A DNA stretch of 64,000 bases from Octopus sinensis (lineage: Eukaryota): the NCBI RefSeq assembly GCF_006345805.1, contig NC_043005.1:13764001-13828000 (forward strand), given 5' to 3'. A program made the translations under genes and the position numbers. The notes beneath the pieces are model-generated. The model worked only from the letters and a program-made list of their open reading frames with translations, had not been told where the DNA came from and ran no database searches. Shown here piece by piece: positions 39,850 through 52,545 of this stretch. The first letter of the stretch is position 1. Every line of letters begins with the position of its first letter.

Positions 39850-41800
39850 CATTACACGGCCTTTAAGATTTCCCGTCTCCCAAAACCCAACCGGATTTCT
39901 TGTCCCTTGCCAAATGGTTTTCCGCCAACTTCATGGATACCTCTTTACCTCTCTTTCAGTACAATGTAGTTATCCCATGGGAAAAACTATTACTATCATT
40001 GCTGTATTGTATCTGATTACAAACCACGTTCTCTTGACCAATTCTCTCCAAATCTATCCCTATTCCACTACGATAGTGTCTTCTTTCCTCACACAGCATG
40101 CCAAATGCTACTTTAATACAAACAAGGCCTCTCCAATTATAATTAAATATTGCACCTCAGTTCGTGCTTCCACACTCTGTGACTTTCAATCTGGATAAGG
40201 GGATATACCGTGATATTTGGATGCCAGCTTCAGTGTCTCATTCTAAAATAAGAGGTACACCCTCCGAACCCACCATATTACTCTCATTTCTAATCTCTCC
40301 AAGGTTATGAAAGTGACAGTCATAAACGATGTTGATCTCTCCCTTTCACTCTCTTTCTCTCTTTCTCTTTCTCTCTCATTCTTTCACTTTATATCTCATC
40401 CTTTCCCTTTCTTTTCCCTGAATGACCACAGTACTGCTTCTGCAGAGCCAGATCTACTGGTTGCTTACCCTTTTAAGTCATTCGTCCGTGGCACCTAGCT
40501 TTAGAGAAGTTCAGTAAAAGCAACGTTATTGCTCTTAACATCACCAAAGCCTTCCAAAGTGCCAGACATGAAAATCTTCACTCATAACTTTCAGCTTGCG
40601 AACTGAACATTTCTTTCATCTTGGATCGGTAGCTTCCAATCTGATCGCACAATTGTGGAATGTACTAAAGGAGCTCTACCTGTTATATTCTCAAACAACA
40701 CAGTTGTTTCCTAGGATCCCGTCCTGTTACCTACTTTATTCTTTCTGTACATCTAGCAACGTTCACTCTTAAGAAGATGTTACGATCCTTCTCTCCTTTC
40801 TAACTTCCATTGACTTTGCATCATCCACACCACATGCAACTTACATACCACATGCTAAACTTGCTTTGATTCCATAAACGAAGGCTTGGGGTGTATCCCT
40901 CACTGAGGCCATGCCAAATTTACCTTTTAACAGCAGAAAAATTCAAGTACTGCACATACCAATAAGCACCACCGCATCACAAACCCTTTAAATACGTGTG
41001 GGACTCAGTTAAAGCTGAGTTGCTCGAAATGCCTGGTCTCGCTATCGTCGGGGATCTCTCCTGGTAAAGCATATGTTCCGTGTAGACAGGAATGCATCCC
41101 CAAAGACAAGGTCGACTCTTCAGGGTCAAAAGGTATTTCAGCTTCCAGCGTTTGTAAACACTCTACAAGTCTCAGGAAAAGCCCACATGGAGATGATGTG
41201 CGCCCGCATCTGGGACAGTGCTGCTGCTCTGCACACATCCAGTGAAGGGTCACTCACCCAACAGGTATTCAATCACTAACAGAAACACTCCAGCTTCTGG
41301 TGCACAGGTATACTTATTTCTTTATTGCCCACAAGGGGCTAAACACAGAGAGGACAAACAAGGACAGACAAACGAATTAAGTCGATTACATCGATCCCAG
41401 TGCGTAACTGGTACTTAATTTATCGACCCCGAACGGATGAAAGGCGAAGTCGACCTCGGCGGAATTTGAACTCAGAACGTAACGGCAGACGAAATACGGC
41501 TACACATTTCGCCCGGCGCGCTAACGTTTCTGCCAGCTCGCCGCCTTGCACAGGCATACTGGCATACTGACACCTCCCTCTGTCTTTTTTATCGCCACTA
41601 TAATGTACTCTATTCCTTGGAGCTAACTGGATTTGTACATCTACTGTCAATATACATCATCTCTCGTTATACTTGTTGCATCCAACTTCTCGGCTTAATG
41701 CAAACCACGATCCCTAGTCTTTTCTTACCATCATATTTCCGCTAATGTCTTCCCTGTAACTGTTGACCTGTAACAGTTAGTTTAACGGCGCCTACTCCAC
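39850..41800 (+). mobile_element. Highly degenerate CR1/L2/Jockey-group LINE RT fragment
   Basis: Decayed motifs VIALNITKAF, SWIGSFQSDRTIV and TLYKSQ..PTW at 40.5-41.2 kb; interrupted by a SINE. Confidence 0.55.
41320..41547 (-). mobile_element. tRNA-derived SINE, intronic
   Basis: Same family and tail as 7540-7765. Confidence 0.85.
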
Positions 41801-42016
41801 CGGCCTCCTCGGAGAGAGACAACAAGCATTATTGGCTCTGCCTCTTACTACTGTGACTCAGCAAGTAAAAAAATTCCTTGACACTTCTATTGCTGTAAAT
41901 AAATGTTTTTCTTTTCTATTAAACTCTTTAATTTGAAACAAGATTATTGATGAATATTTATATTTTCCATAGACCTGCACAACATCATCTATTATAAATC
42001 CTCTTTCTTACTACAG

Positions 42017-42088
42017 ATATTTGGACAGTAATAACATCACATATATTGAAAAAGAAGCTTTCAAAGGCCTTTACAATTTAAAGGAGCT
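42017..42088 (+). CDS. LRR exon 6 (YLDSNNITYIEKEAFKGLYNLKEL)
   Basis: 72 bp, ctacag|...|gtaagt. Confidence 0.9.
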
Positions 42089-43125
42089 GTAAGTAGGATC
42101 AGACTTAACACATTTTAATTTATAATGTTTTAGTAAAATATCTATGTATATGTCTCCGTCTTACTCTCTCTCTCTCACACACACTCTCTCCTTTGTTTGT
42201 TTATTTCTTTCTTTTTTCTGTCATTGTATGTACGTGTATGTATGTCTATGAGCATGTAAATATAAAAAATGTATTTGCTTGTCCACCAAACACATGTCTC
42301 TGTAAGTCATTTTTATTGTTTAGCACTATATCAGCGCTGAAGGAGAAGGGCTATACTCAGACGCTTTTTAGTCATGATGATCACAACATATCTAAAACAG
42401 ATAATATTTCTAGGTAATAAAGAGACTCATGGCGCCGTTCTCTTATCTGTTCCTGGTCGATTTATTTACTAAATATTCGTGATGGCAACGATATTGTGTG
42501 GGGAAATCGGTAACAACTTTTAGTTAATTTTGACTGACAAAGTAAAAAGACACTGTGACGTGTGTTTGTCTCGCAAAACAATGTAAATATACCGAATTTT
42601 CTTAAAATAATTTTAATAAAATTATTTATCTACAGTTAACCTTCACAGGAGTTTCTCTCTGTTTTGGTAGGAGCAGTAATGCTAGGTACATCATACACAA
42701 TTTTATCTATGCATATATACATATATATATATATATACATACTTAAATGTATGTATACATACGTATACCTGTATATATACGCACTCATGTATGTTTACGT
42801 ATAGGATCAAGTCATATTTGTAGAACTTACAAAAGCACAGTCACGTACATACAGCCAAATGATAAGTATCCGTATTTTTGGAAAAAGTTACCAATAGGAG
42901 CCTCACTACATTTGTTTAGAAAGCTGATTCTCATAATTTTAGGATCTTTAGAAGATTTCATTTTCCAAAACTTGTCATAATATCTCAACAGATGACAGGT
43001 GCTTGTCGATTTATATTGATTACTATAGAACAAATTTTTAATCCCATCACAAATATGTTAATAAATGTCTAAAAAATTGTCAAGCTGAATTTCATCTAAA
43101 GTATATACCCTTTTTTATGTAACAG

Positions 43126-43197
43126 GCGTCTCCCATCAAATCATATTGTAACTATTGATGAAAGTTGGTTCCAGGACCTTACTAATTTAACAAGCTT
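43126..43197 (+). CDS. LRR exon 7 (RLPSNHIVTIDESWFQDLTNLTSL)
   Basis: 72 bp, taacag|...|gtaagt. Confidence 0.9.
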
Positions 43198-43307
43198 GTA
43201 AGTTGCATGTATTTTTCAATTATACTGATTTTGTTTTTCATTGTATGTTATATGTGTGATTGTAAATGTGTTTGTAAGAGTAAATAGATTTCTTTTTGTG
43301 TTTATAA

Positions 43308-44330
43308 TAACAGAAATACCGGCGTTATCCGGGTTAAAGAAAATAATGAAATTTTAAAACGTTGTCTAGATTACATAGGTCTCAACTGCTAGTAGCTGAG
43401 GTACCAACTTTCTACGTAACTCTGCATCTCATGCCAACATGGAATATAGACGTTAAGTAAATTGTGAAAAGAAAGTTTTCAACTCATATATGTATATGAA
43501 GTAAATACACGTTTACTAACCTATTTCGTCACCAAAAATAGATACAGATTATAAACAATGAAAGGCCTTGCGTAGAGTACACACATCCACACACAATCAG
43601 ACAGCGAATATATCTTATTGTTTCACTTTTACACACACAGATATACATTCATGTCAATCGAAAAGTGAAAGTGTAATATTAATACTTTAATACTCAATGT
43701 ATTACACTTCTGAATTTGACATGGACTTACTATTCATGTTAGTGCTTCTTCATATACTGTGTTTTCTGTTTTACCCTGTTTATCACTGAGAATGTAGTGG
43801 TTCTTTTCATCTCCAACTCTTGAACATCCAACATACAGCTGACCATGTGAGAAGCAAGGTTGAAAGAGGTTAAGTCCCACCACCTTTAGAGATTGACCTT
43901 GTGCTTTGTTGATAGACATTGCAAAGCTAAGTTTGACAGGAAACTGTTGTCCGTTGAACTGAAAGGGGTGATCATTTGAGATTAGAGGTATCCTTGGAAT
44001 GAATGCACTCTCACCCATCATGTTGCCATGATGGAGAAGAATTTTCTCACCTGCATAGCTGCATTTGTGCCTCTGTCAGAGTGGCATCCCAGTGTGAGTC
44101 ATCTTCCAGAAGACCGCTGAGATGGCAAGGATACCCTCCCCCCGTTTCACTACCTCACTGCATCTTCCTACTTTACGCTACATGTCCTTACATTTCCTTA
44201 AAGTCATTGTTCCTCCCATCCTCTCGTCTTTAACGATGACTCCAATTCTTGTCCCGAACTATTAGAAAGTGCTAATGTCCATACCTACCTGTATCCCTGA
44301 CAACCATACAGACACACCAAATATTGTCAA
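43308..44330 (-). mobile_element. Helitron remnant with RepHel (PIF1 helicase) C-terminus, internally deleted
   Basis: ORF 43734-44021 QFPVKLSFAMSINKAQGQSL...SHGQLYVGCSRV; upstream GLLEDDSHWDATLTEA; 3' hairpin ccggataacgccgg near 43320. Confidence 0.85.
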
Positions 44331-44662
44331 TGCATTTCTCAGGATTTGCCGTCTATGAACCAATTTGATTATCGGATCACTTTCAAATTATCTTAACCAA
44401 ACTCACTTACTTGGGCTATACAACACATCTTCACGCCAAAGAAATCTCTTTGGGAATTTAAATCAGCTAACTTGTCCGAGTTCTGCCGGCTCTATTACAA
44501 CTACATTTGACAACAAGTGTACTTCAACATTGAAATACAGTTTATGTAACCGACAGTTTGATCGAATCTATCCAGCAAGGTATATCTGTTTTCAGGTTCA
44601 TTATACTAAAGTCTAATTTCCAAGACATCCAAATAATTGTTTTAAAAGTAAAATATTTTATA

Positions 44663-44980
44663 CTAGCTGACCTTGTGCCGTCAAAAATGACGGCTAATTG
44701 TAGTATTTTATATATATAAATAAGGTACAAAACAAGCTACATAATAATCACACATACAAACATTCACATACTTCTCTTGTACATGCACACGCATACACAC
44801 TTCCTTCCCCTCACTACTTCTCCTTCACTGAATTACATTTTTCACTCCTCTCCCTTCACTTATACTACTCTTTCTCCTACTCCATCCTACTCCTACTCCG
44901 TGATTTTGGACAAATAAATATATATACACATATATACAAATATATAAAAAAAAAATTACGCTCATTATTATATTAGGAGA
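44663..44980 (-). mobile_element. Non-autonomous Helitron
   Basis: On the minus strand: A|TC start at 44980, hairpin gccgtca...tgacggc, then CTAG|T end at 44663. Confidence 0.8.
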
Positions 44981-44985
44981 TTGTA

Positions 44986-45200
44986 AGGGCGACGAGCAGG
45001 CAGAAACGTTAGCACGCTAGGCAAAATGCGTAGCGGTATTTCGTTTGTCTTTACGTTCTGAGTTCAAATTCTACCGAGGTCGACTTTGACTTTCATCCTT
45101 TCGGGGTCGATAAATTAACTAGCAGTTGCGTACTGGGGTCGATCTAATCGACTGGCCCACTCCTCCAAAATTTCGGGCTTTGTGCCTAGAGTAGAAAAAT
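44986..45200 (+). mobile_element. tRNA-derived SINE with 16-bp TSD
   Basis: TSD atattaggagattgta at 44970-44985 and 45201-45216. Confidence 0.9.
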
Positions 45201-45271
45201 ATATTAGGAGATTGTATTTCACTTCTGTTTGCCTTTATGTCGTCTTTTATGATCTGTCTTTTATTTTTCAG

Positions 45272-45343
45272 ACACCTTGCTTACAATGAAATAAGGAATA
45301 TTGAAAACGGTAGCTTCAAAAACCTTGACCAATTAGAGAAGCT
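45272..45343 (+). CDS. LRR exon 8, A-type (HLAYNEIRNIENGSFKNLDQLEKL)
   Basis: 72 bp, tttttcag|...|gtaagt. Confidence 0.9.
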
Positions 45344-46319
45344 GTAAGTTGAATCAAACTTGTATATAAGTATATATTGTATTATATATATGTACAGTAA
45401 ATTCCCTCATATTTATTACCGCTGGGCCCTGAGAGTTGCTGAATAACTGAATTTTCCAGATTTCTGATCATCACTTATTAGATGGTCCAAAGCCCCTTAT
45501 AAAGCTTATTAAATCTTTATATATCCATCAGTATTATCAGTAATATTTTGTACACTGTAGAGAGGAGAAAATGGGAGAAAATATTAGTATAATTTGCGTA
45601 AAGAACAAGTTTTATTAATCTTATGAAATACAGTTATATATAGTAAATGCTGTAAAATAAAATACTGTATTTTGAAAAGCATCACTCTATCTTAAATATA
45701 GTAGAAAGTTTCCTTCTTTGCACTATTAATTAATACAAATTAGCACAACTTCTCTTGACTAAAGGAGAACACATATTCTTTTCTTTCTTTCTGGGTATCA
45801 GTTTCCTGGGGAACGATACCCAGTGGGTGCATATGCCTTTGTATGTCATTGAGATTATAAGAGTGTATCTGGAAGCAGCCGCAAGTAGATACCCTGTCAT
45901 AATCTATAGCATGCTGCTTATCTGTAGCCCTAGACAAGCGCTGGTGGAATTTTGCTCTTGAACGGGCTTTTTAATCTTGACCATCACATGTAATTGTGTA
46001 CATATTTTATATATAGCTGTATTATCCGACGTGTTCTTGCTTTTTTATACTTTGTGCAATCTTTGGCAAATTTAGCTGTTATATTTAGTGATTTAAGACA
46101 GCGTTATATATACTGTAAAAAAGACAAGGACACCGGACAGGAAAAAAATAAGAAAAAACGTTCCAAAAAAAGGAACGGAAAAAGAAACGAAATCCAGAAA
46201 GCTATGGTCCTTGACTTCTATAATTACAGAAAACTCATTAAATACAAATGATTTAAAACAAAATAACAGAAAAATATGTTAAAAATCTGCGAAACAGCAA
46301 CTCAATCCGGGGTGACCTC

Positions 46320-46680
46320 AAATTCAGTAAACAAAAAAATGGTCCATGCGTCTACAACTGCTAGAAATGTCAGATCACGAATTAAGTGGTGTAATGGAAT
46401 TGCTGGATCTAAGAAGAATATAAGATCCTTTTACTACTCATAAGTAGCATTTCTTAGATCCATTAACATTTGGCTTGGATTTCTCAACAATTTTCCATTG
46501 TATGTGGTGTTGAGTTGCTCTGAAAATTCCGTACGTGGTTTTCCAAATTGGTTGCACTACATTTATTGATGTGCCAGAACGAAGATAGGTGGTTTGCATA
46601 ACTTATCTTGAATTTGCATTCACATAACCCGATGTAATTCTTATTTTCAATTGATTTGTCTTGGAGTTTATTATACACGC
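46320..46680 (-). mobile_element. Penelope-like element GIY-YIG endonuclease fragment
   Basis: NYIGLCECKFKISYANHLSSF followed by KIVEKSKP..KKCYL. Confidence 0.75.
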
Positions 46681-47159
46681 ATGGTCAAGTGGACAAGCTT
46701 CGAGGTTTCGACATTATACCTCTAAGAGACCACTCTTAGTTGTAACTATCGAGACCCTGAAACTTGCCCGCTTGATCAGGTGTTTTTAATAAACTCCATC
46801 AAATAGAAGGCTGAAGTAACAGCTACGCTCCAAGAAAAATATTGAATTAAAGATTAAAGCCTCAAGTATATAAGTAGCGAATAGCTTATGATTTACGATA
46901 AGATTAATATAATTTAGTATTCTAGATTAGGATAGATTAAAGCATATAAGGTAATTATAAGGAAAAATGATATTAATATTCATACATAAATTATTGTTTA
47001 AAATATATAATTATAGTTATAATACATGTAGATACACTAAAATATATTTTCATACCTAAATATTGTATAAACATAATTAGTAACTGAATGATTTCAAAAT
47101 ATGAATTATCATTATATTGAAGGTGGCGGAATTGACCATATAAATAGTTAAATACAATT

Positions 47160-47487
47160 ACCCAGTCTGATCAATAAGTATCCAGATCGTTGCCCTAGTA
47201 ACAAAAGTAGAGCACGCAGACAAAAACCGCTTGGTACAGATTGACCTTAAACTCTGCTGTGCATGCGCACTAAGTTTTAACGTTCTAGTTCACTTCCGTT
47301 GTTTACAGCAGTGCTTTGAAGCAAGGTGTGCAGCGTGTAATCCTCCCATTGACCATGACAAAGCAAGTTGAGCAGAGAATCTGCATCAACTGTTCAGTTG
47401 GTCGAATCAGCTGGGACCCTCATCGTCGTAACTGACGGAGCACTCCTGACACACACACACACACAGAAACACACACACACACACACA

Positions 47488-47530
<43 letters not shown>

Positions 47531-48280
47531 TTAGCAACTACACACATTTTTTCTCTCGTTGTTTTTTCTGTGTCCCTTTCTGTAGAAGAGCGTAGGCTCG
47601 AAACGTAAAAGACTTTTTCTATTCCTGAGCATTATACTAATACATCTGTTTGTTTTGTACACCACCTGTCTTCGTCTTTTGTTGTTTTTTTTTGTTGTTT
47701 TTTTTTGTAAACTCCCTATATATAAATATATATATATATACACACATATACATATATACAGACACACAGAGATGTATATGTAAGTGTATGTGTGTATAGG
47801 TACTGATCTACGAATATGGGTGTATGCATGTGTATGCATGTGCGATACCTACACAGGAGCATACGCAAAGTTTTGAAAAAGTTTTCATAGTTCTCTATAC
47901 AATTAAGGATATCTTGTTCAACTGAAAACCAAGTGTCTTTTTGGTCGGCTGAAAACAGTTTTGGTGCAAACTTGGCAGACACGCGTCTAATATCCAAATC
48001 TTCAATGATAATGGGTTAAACTGTACCGTAAATAATCTGCACATCTTCTGATAACTCACGGATGGGGACTCGATGATTTCCCCCTCACAGCTGCGATGTT
48101 TTTCTCCGTTCTGCTGGTTGCAGGTCTCCCAGAACATTCGTCAATACCGACAATTTTCGGCCATCTTGGAAACGTCTGAACAACTCGTACACTTGTGTGT
48201 GGCTCATACACTCTTCTCCATACACTTTCTGCAATGTTACGCGGGCCACTGAGCAGGTATCGTCACGACAACTTTCTCTT
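47160..48280. mobile_element. Mariner element 5' portion split into opposite orientations (47160-47390 +; ~47870-48280 -)
   Basis: Plus strand: TIR-like gtctgatcaataagtatcc and MTKQVEQRICI. Minus strand continues DTCSV..LQKVYGEECMSHTQVYELFRRFQDGR...RRVSAKFAPKL. Confidence 0.75.
47576..47611 (+). ncRNA. Minimal hammerhead ribozyme-like motif, same family as 23200, sense orientation in LRR intron 8
   Basis: cttt-CTGTAGA-a-GAGC(gtag)GCTC-GAAAC-GTA-aaag. The flanking ~170 bp is homologous to 23150-23340. Confidence 0.6.
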
Positions 48281-49152
48281 TGGTTTTATGTATGCATTTT
48301 ACGTATGCATACTCATACGTATACTTGCAGGTCTAGACATGTGTATATGTATTTATATATTACATCTTTAGAAACTATTGTACATTTTTGATAATGTCAT
48401 TCATTGCTTGTATCTGTAGTTCTCTAATCAGTATTCCCTGTCCTCTTTTGGACGTATCAATGAACGTATGTATGTGCTCGCTACGGATTCTGAAAGAAAA
48501 CTTCATTTAATCAAGACACCCTTGGCCGGAAGAGTAGCCTATGATATACACCTTGCTTCGATATTTACCACTTCCGAGCTTACACTCGCTATGAAGCATA
48601 TCCATTCCTTAACTCTTAGATTTTTATACAGATACCTAGCAACCATGGCTGCCAGCGGTGAAATATAAAATAATTCTTTACAGCCTCTCGTACTTCAATG
48701 GGGAAAATATCCATCCATACCCTTCCACCTCAGTAAACCACCATTGTTCTTGATGATTGTGTTATATTTTATTTTCTACGGATTGTTTCAAGTTTACTTA
48801 CTTTCTGCACCTCGGTTCATGGGCCCTACATTTGTTTATATACCTGATTATTTATCTAACTATTTATCTATCTATACATGTGTGTGTGTGTGTGTGTGTG
48901 CGTGTGTGTGCGTGTGTGTGCATATATTTATGTACGAGACCATGTATGTATGAAAATACACACACACACACAAACACCTACACACACACACGCACACACA
49001 CACACATACATATATACGCATTCATAAAAATATACAAATGCATACTAACATGTACATAAACACGAAATTCTTTCATCCCATATATATAAGTGAACGTCTA
49101 AAAACCGGTCCATTTCAATTGCATTTGTTACATATATTCTTACATTTTTCAG

Positions 49153-49224
49153 AGGCCTCGAAGGCAATGGAATCACGAACATCGGAAACGGTTTTTGGCA
49201 ACACCTTCAGAATTTAAAGACATT
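49153..49224 (+). CDS. LRR exon 9, B-type (GLEGNGITNIGNGFWQHLQNLKTL)
   Basis: 72 bp, tttttcag|...|gtgagt. Confidence 0.9.
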
Positions 49225-49424
49225 GTGAGTTGGGTATATTTTGCTTGTGATTCTATATTTATTAGATTTAATATGTTTCAACGCACGTTCACACATAGAT
49301 ATACATTTATTTTTATATGTCATTATTCAGTTTAATTTCAAAATTTCTCGTCAGTAGGGACAGAGCTGGTTTCTAGATTCAAGGCTCATGTGTATGTTTA
49401 TATGCATGTATATATGTTTGTATA

Positions 49425-51600
49425 GATAAACTTAGATATGTTTCGACCAAAGATTGGTCCAGGCCATGTCTAGCTTAATAGCACCACCTGATATGATTAT
49501 TCGAATCCTGTTTAAGGCAAGTTTTGTTTAAGTCAAGTTTTGTTCAAGTAGTGAGTTCTTGTTGGGTGAGTTGTATCAAGCTTTGTTCAAGTAGTGTGTT
49601 CTTGTTGGGTGAGTTGTATCCAATTATGGGTGGCTTATCTGGTATTCTTTGAAGGAATCTATCCAGACTCCGTTTAAAGTTGATGGGATCCTTTTCCTCT
49701 TTGATCTCCTTCAGGACAATGTTAAATAGGGCAGGGCCTGTTGAGGAAAAGAAATTATGTTGCAGTGTACATGTATGTTGTGATCTTAAATTGAGCAGGG
49801 GTCGTATGGCCCGTGGTCCCAGTCTTGGATGAACCTTGAAGCTAATGTTAAGGTCGTTTGGGCAAAGTTGGTGGTATATTCTCCACATCGTACAAATGAT
49901 GTACCGCTCACGGCGACGCTGGAGGGAGTAAAGTTTCAAGGCTTTAAGGCGATCCCAATAATCGAGAGCAGCCATGCCTTCAATTTGTTTAGTGAGTGCC
50001 CTCTGGGGAGACTCAATTCTGGAGATGTTTTGTCTTGTATGGGGAGACCACAGTGGGCAGCAGTATTCAAGGTGTGGCCGTACAAGGGAGGAAAAAAGTG
50101 GTATGATGACACCTTGTTCTCTGGACCGGAAAGTTCTTAAGATCCAGGAACTCATCCTACGAGCTATATCGACCTTCTTGTTGATGTGTGCACTCCAACT
50201 GAGATCGTCATCAACAATTACACCCAGGTCTCTGATATTGTTAGAGGCTGTGAGCGGTTCCCCTGAAGGAAGAGAGTATGGTTGTTTTAGTGAGGAATTT
50301 CTTCCAAAATGCATCAGCTCAAATTTTCCCTCGTTCAGTTGCATTTTGTTTCTGTCTGCCCGTTAACTCACGGCATATAGATCAGACTGGAGTTGTGATC
50401 GGTCTGCTTCTTCATTGACGATTTGCTGGAGCTTAGTGTCATCAGCAAATATTTCCACTTTGCAGTAATGTACGACACTGGAAAAGTGGTTTATGTAAAT
50501 TATGAAGAGTAGCGGATCGAAAACAGTCCCCTGGGGAACACCGCTGGTGACTTTTGCTGGGCTTGAGTGGACTCCATCAACTACAACATGTTGTGTTCTA
50601 TTCGCCAGGAAATACTTAATCCAGTGTAGAACTTTTCCACGGATTCCAACATTTGCCAATTTTGAGAGTAGGATATTATGGTCTACCCTGTCGAACGCTT
50701 TACTGAAGTCAAGATATATGACGTCAGAGTTCGAACCTGTTCCCAAGGCTTTGAGTACATCTTCAATGTGGTGTAAGAGCAGTGTTAGACAGTCCCTGCC
50801 ACAGCGAAAGTCATGCTTAGTTGTATTTATGAGTTTGTGGGTCTCCAGGAAGTCAGCTATCCTTGATCTTAGCACTCTTTCAAACACTTTAATGATGTGG
50901 GAGGTGAGTGAGATTGGGCGATAGTTGACTGCGAGGGATCTGTTTCCCTGTTTGAAAACCGGGATGACCGACTGGGATAGAAACTGTTTCGGTATATAAC
51001 CTGCGTCTAACGAATTTCTCCAGAGGTTGGTCAGAGGGACTCCAAGTTGGTGTCTACATTCCTTCAGGAGACTAGCGGTGAATCTATCAGGGCCTACAGC
51101 AGTGTAATATTTGACCTCATTTATTGCTGCTACGATGTCGGTGGCAGTGAAGGTTATGTCTGCGATTTTGTGTTGGGAATCAACTTCGTTCGTTTCCTTC
51201 ACGTCAATATCAGTGGGAACACTGAAGACAGAGCAGTATTGTTTCTGCAGTATTTCTGCCATTTCTTTAGCATCGTGTTGGGGAATGCCGTTATCATCAA
51301 TCAATGGCCCAATGGGTGAGACAGTGGTTCTATGCTTATTTGCATAAGAATAGAACACTTTTGGGTTCTGTTTGATGTTTTTGATAACCCACTGTTCCTC
51401 CTCAGCTCTTTGATTTTCAATGGAGGTTTTCATGTTGGTCTGCAGATGAAGTTTTTCCATCTCTAGTCTTTTCATTGTTGTTGAATGTGGATGTTGTGTG
51501 TGGGAATATTTCAATTGGTTGATTTTTTGTTGAGTCTTTTGATGCGCCTGATGAGTGTTTTTTTTCTTTTTAGGGAGCCGGTTTCTGTTTGTGTTAGTAG
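49425..51600 (-). mobile_element. CR1-clade LINE, 5'-truncated, RT nearly intact (single in-frame stop at 50363-50365)
   Basis: YLDFSKAFDRVDH, SGVPQGT, FADDTK and RPHLEYCCPLWSP. ORFs 50363-51793 and 49544-50344 are in the same frame. The N-terminal part of the long ORF is microsatellite read-through. Confidence 0.92.
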
Positions 51601-51645
51601 ATTTCGTGGGAGCGTGTTTAGAGCATGTATAGGTGACAATGTTTT

Positions 51646-51736
<91 letters not shown>

Positions 51737-51856
51737 TGTATATACAGGCGTGTATAAGTGTGTATCGTTGTATTGAAGGATGTAGGTATACATATTATAT
51801 TCTTCTACTTACACATGTCTTTCATTTATTCTTATATATAGATACTTATATATAGA

Positions 51857-51905
<49 letters not shown>

Positions 51906-51909
51906 GTGC

Positions 51910-51968
<59 letters not shown>

Positions 51969-52473
51969 GATAGACATGCACGCATGCACATACATATGCA
52001 ATTATACACACACATTCACACATACACACACATACAGAGTCAAAGATACAAATATACGTACATAAATATAGATTTTATGTTTCCACACACATACGTACAT
52101 ATACATATATTTTTATACGTCATTCAGTTCAAAATTTCTTACCAATAGAAAAGGAGCTTGTTTCTAACCTAGATCCAAGGTTCGTGTGTATGCATGTTTG
52201 TATGCGTGTATATATGTTTGTATATATAATATATATATATATATATATATGCGTGTATATGTGTGTATGATGAGAAAGATGCATTTGTGGCGATGGGCGT
52301 GTGTGTACATATATTCTTCTACTTACCTTATCTCAGGCCTCCAGGCTCCTCTCAGCTATTCCTTTTCTATACAACCCACTTTTCCTACCAAAATCTCAAT
52401 AACTCTTCTTCACACTTTAATGTCCTCTAATGATCTGTCTTTTCATTTTATGGTTTGTCTTTTCATTTTTCAG

Positions 52474-52545
52474 AAACCTTGCTTATAATGAAATATCGAA
52501 CATTGAAGAAGGTGAATTCGAAAACCTTGACAGTTTAGAGAAGCT
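52474..52545 (+). CDS. LRR exon 10, A-type (NLAYNEISNIEEGEFENLDSLEKL)
   Basis: 72 bp, tttttcag|...|gtaagt. Confidence 0.9.
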
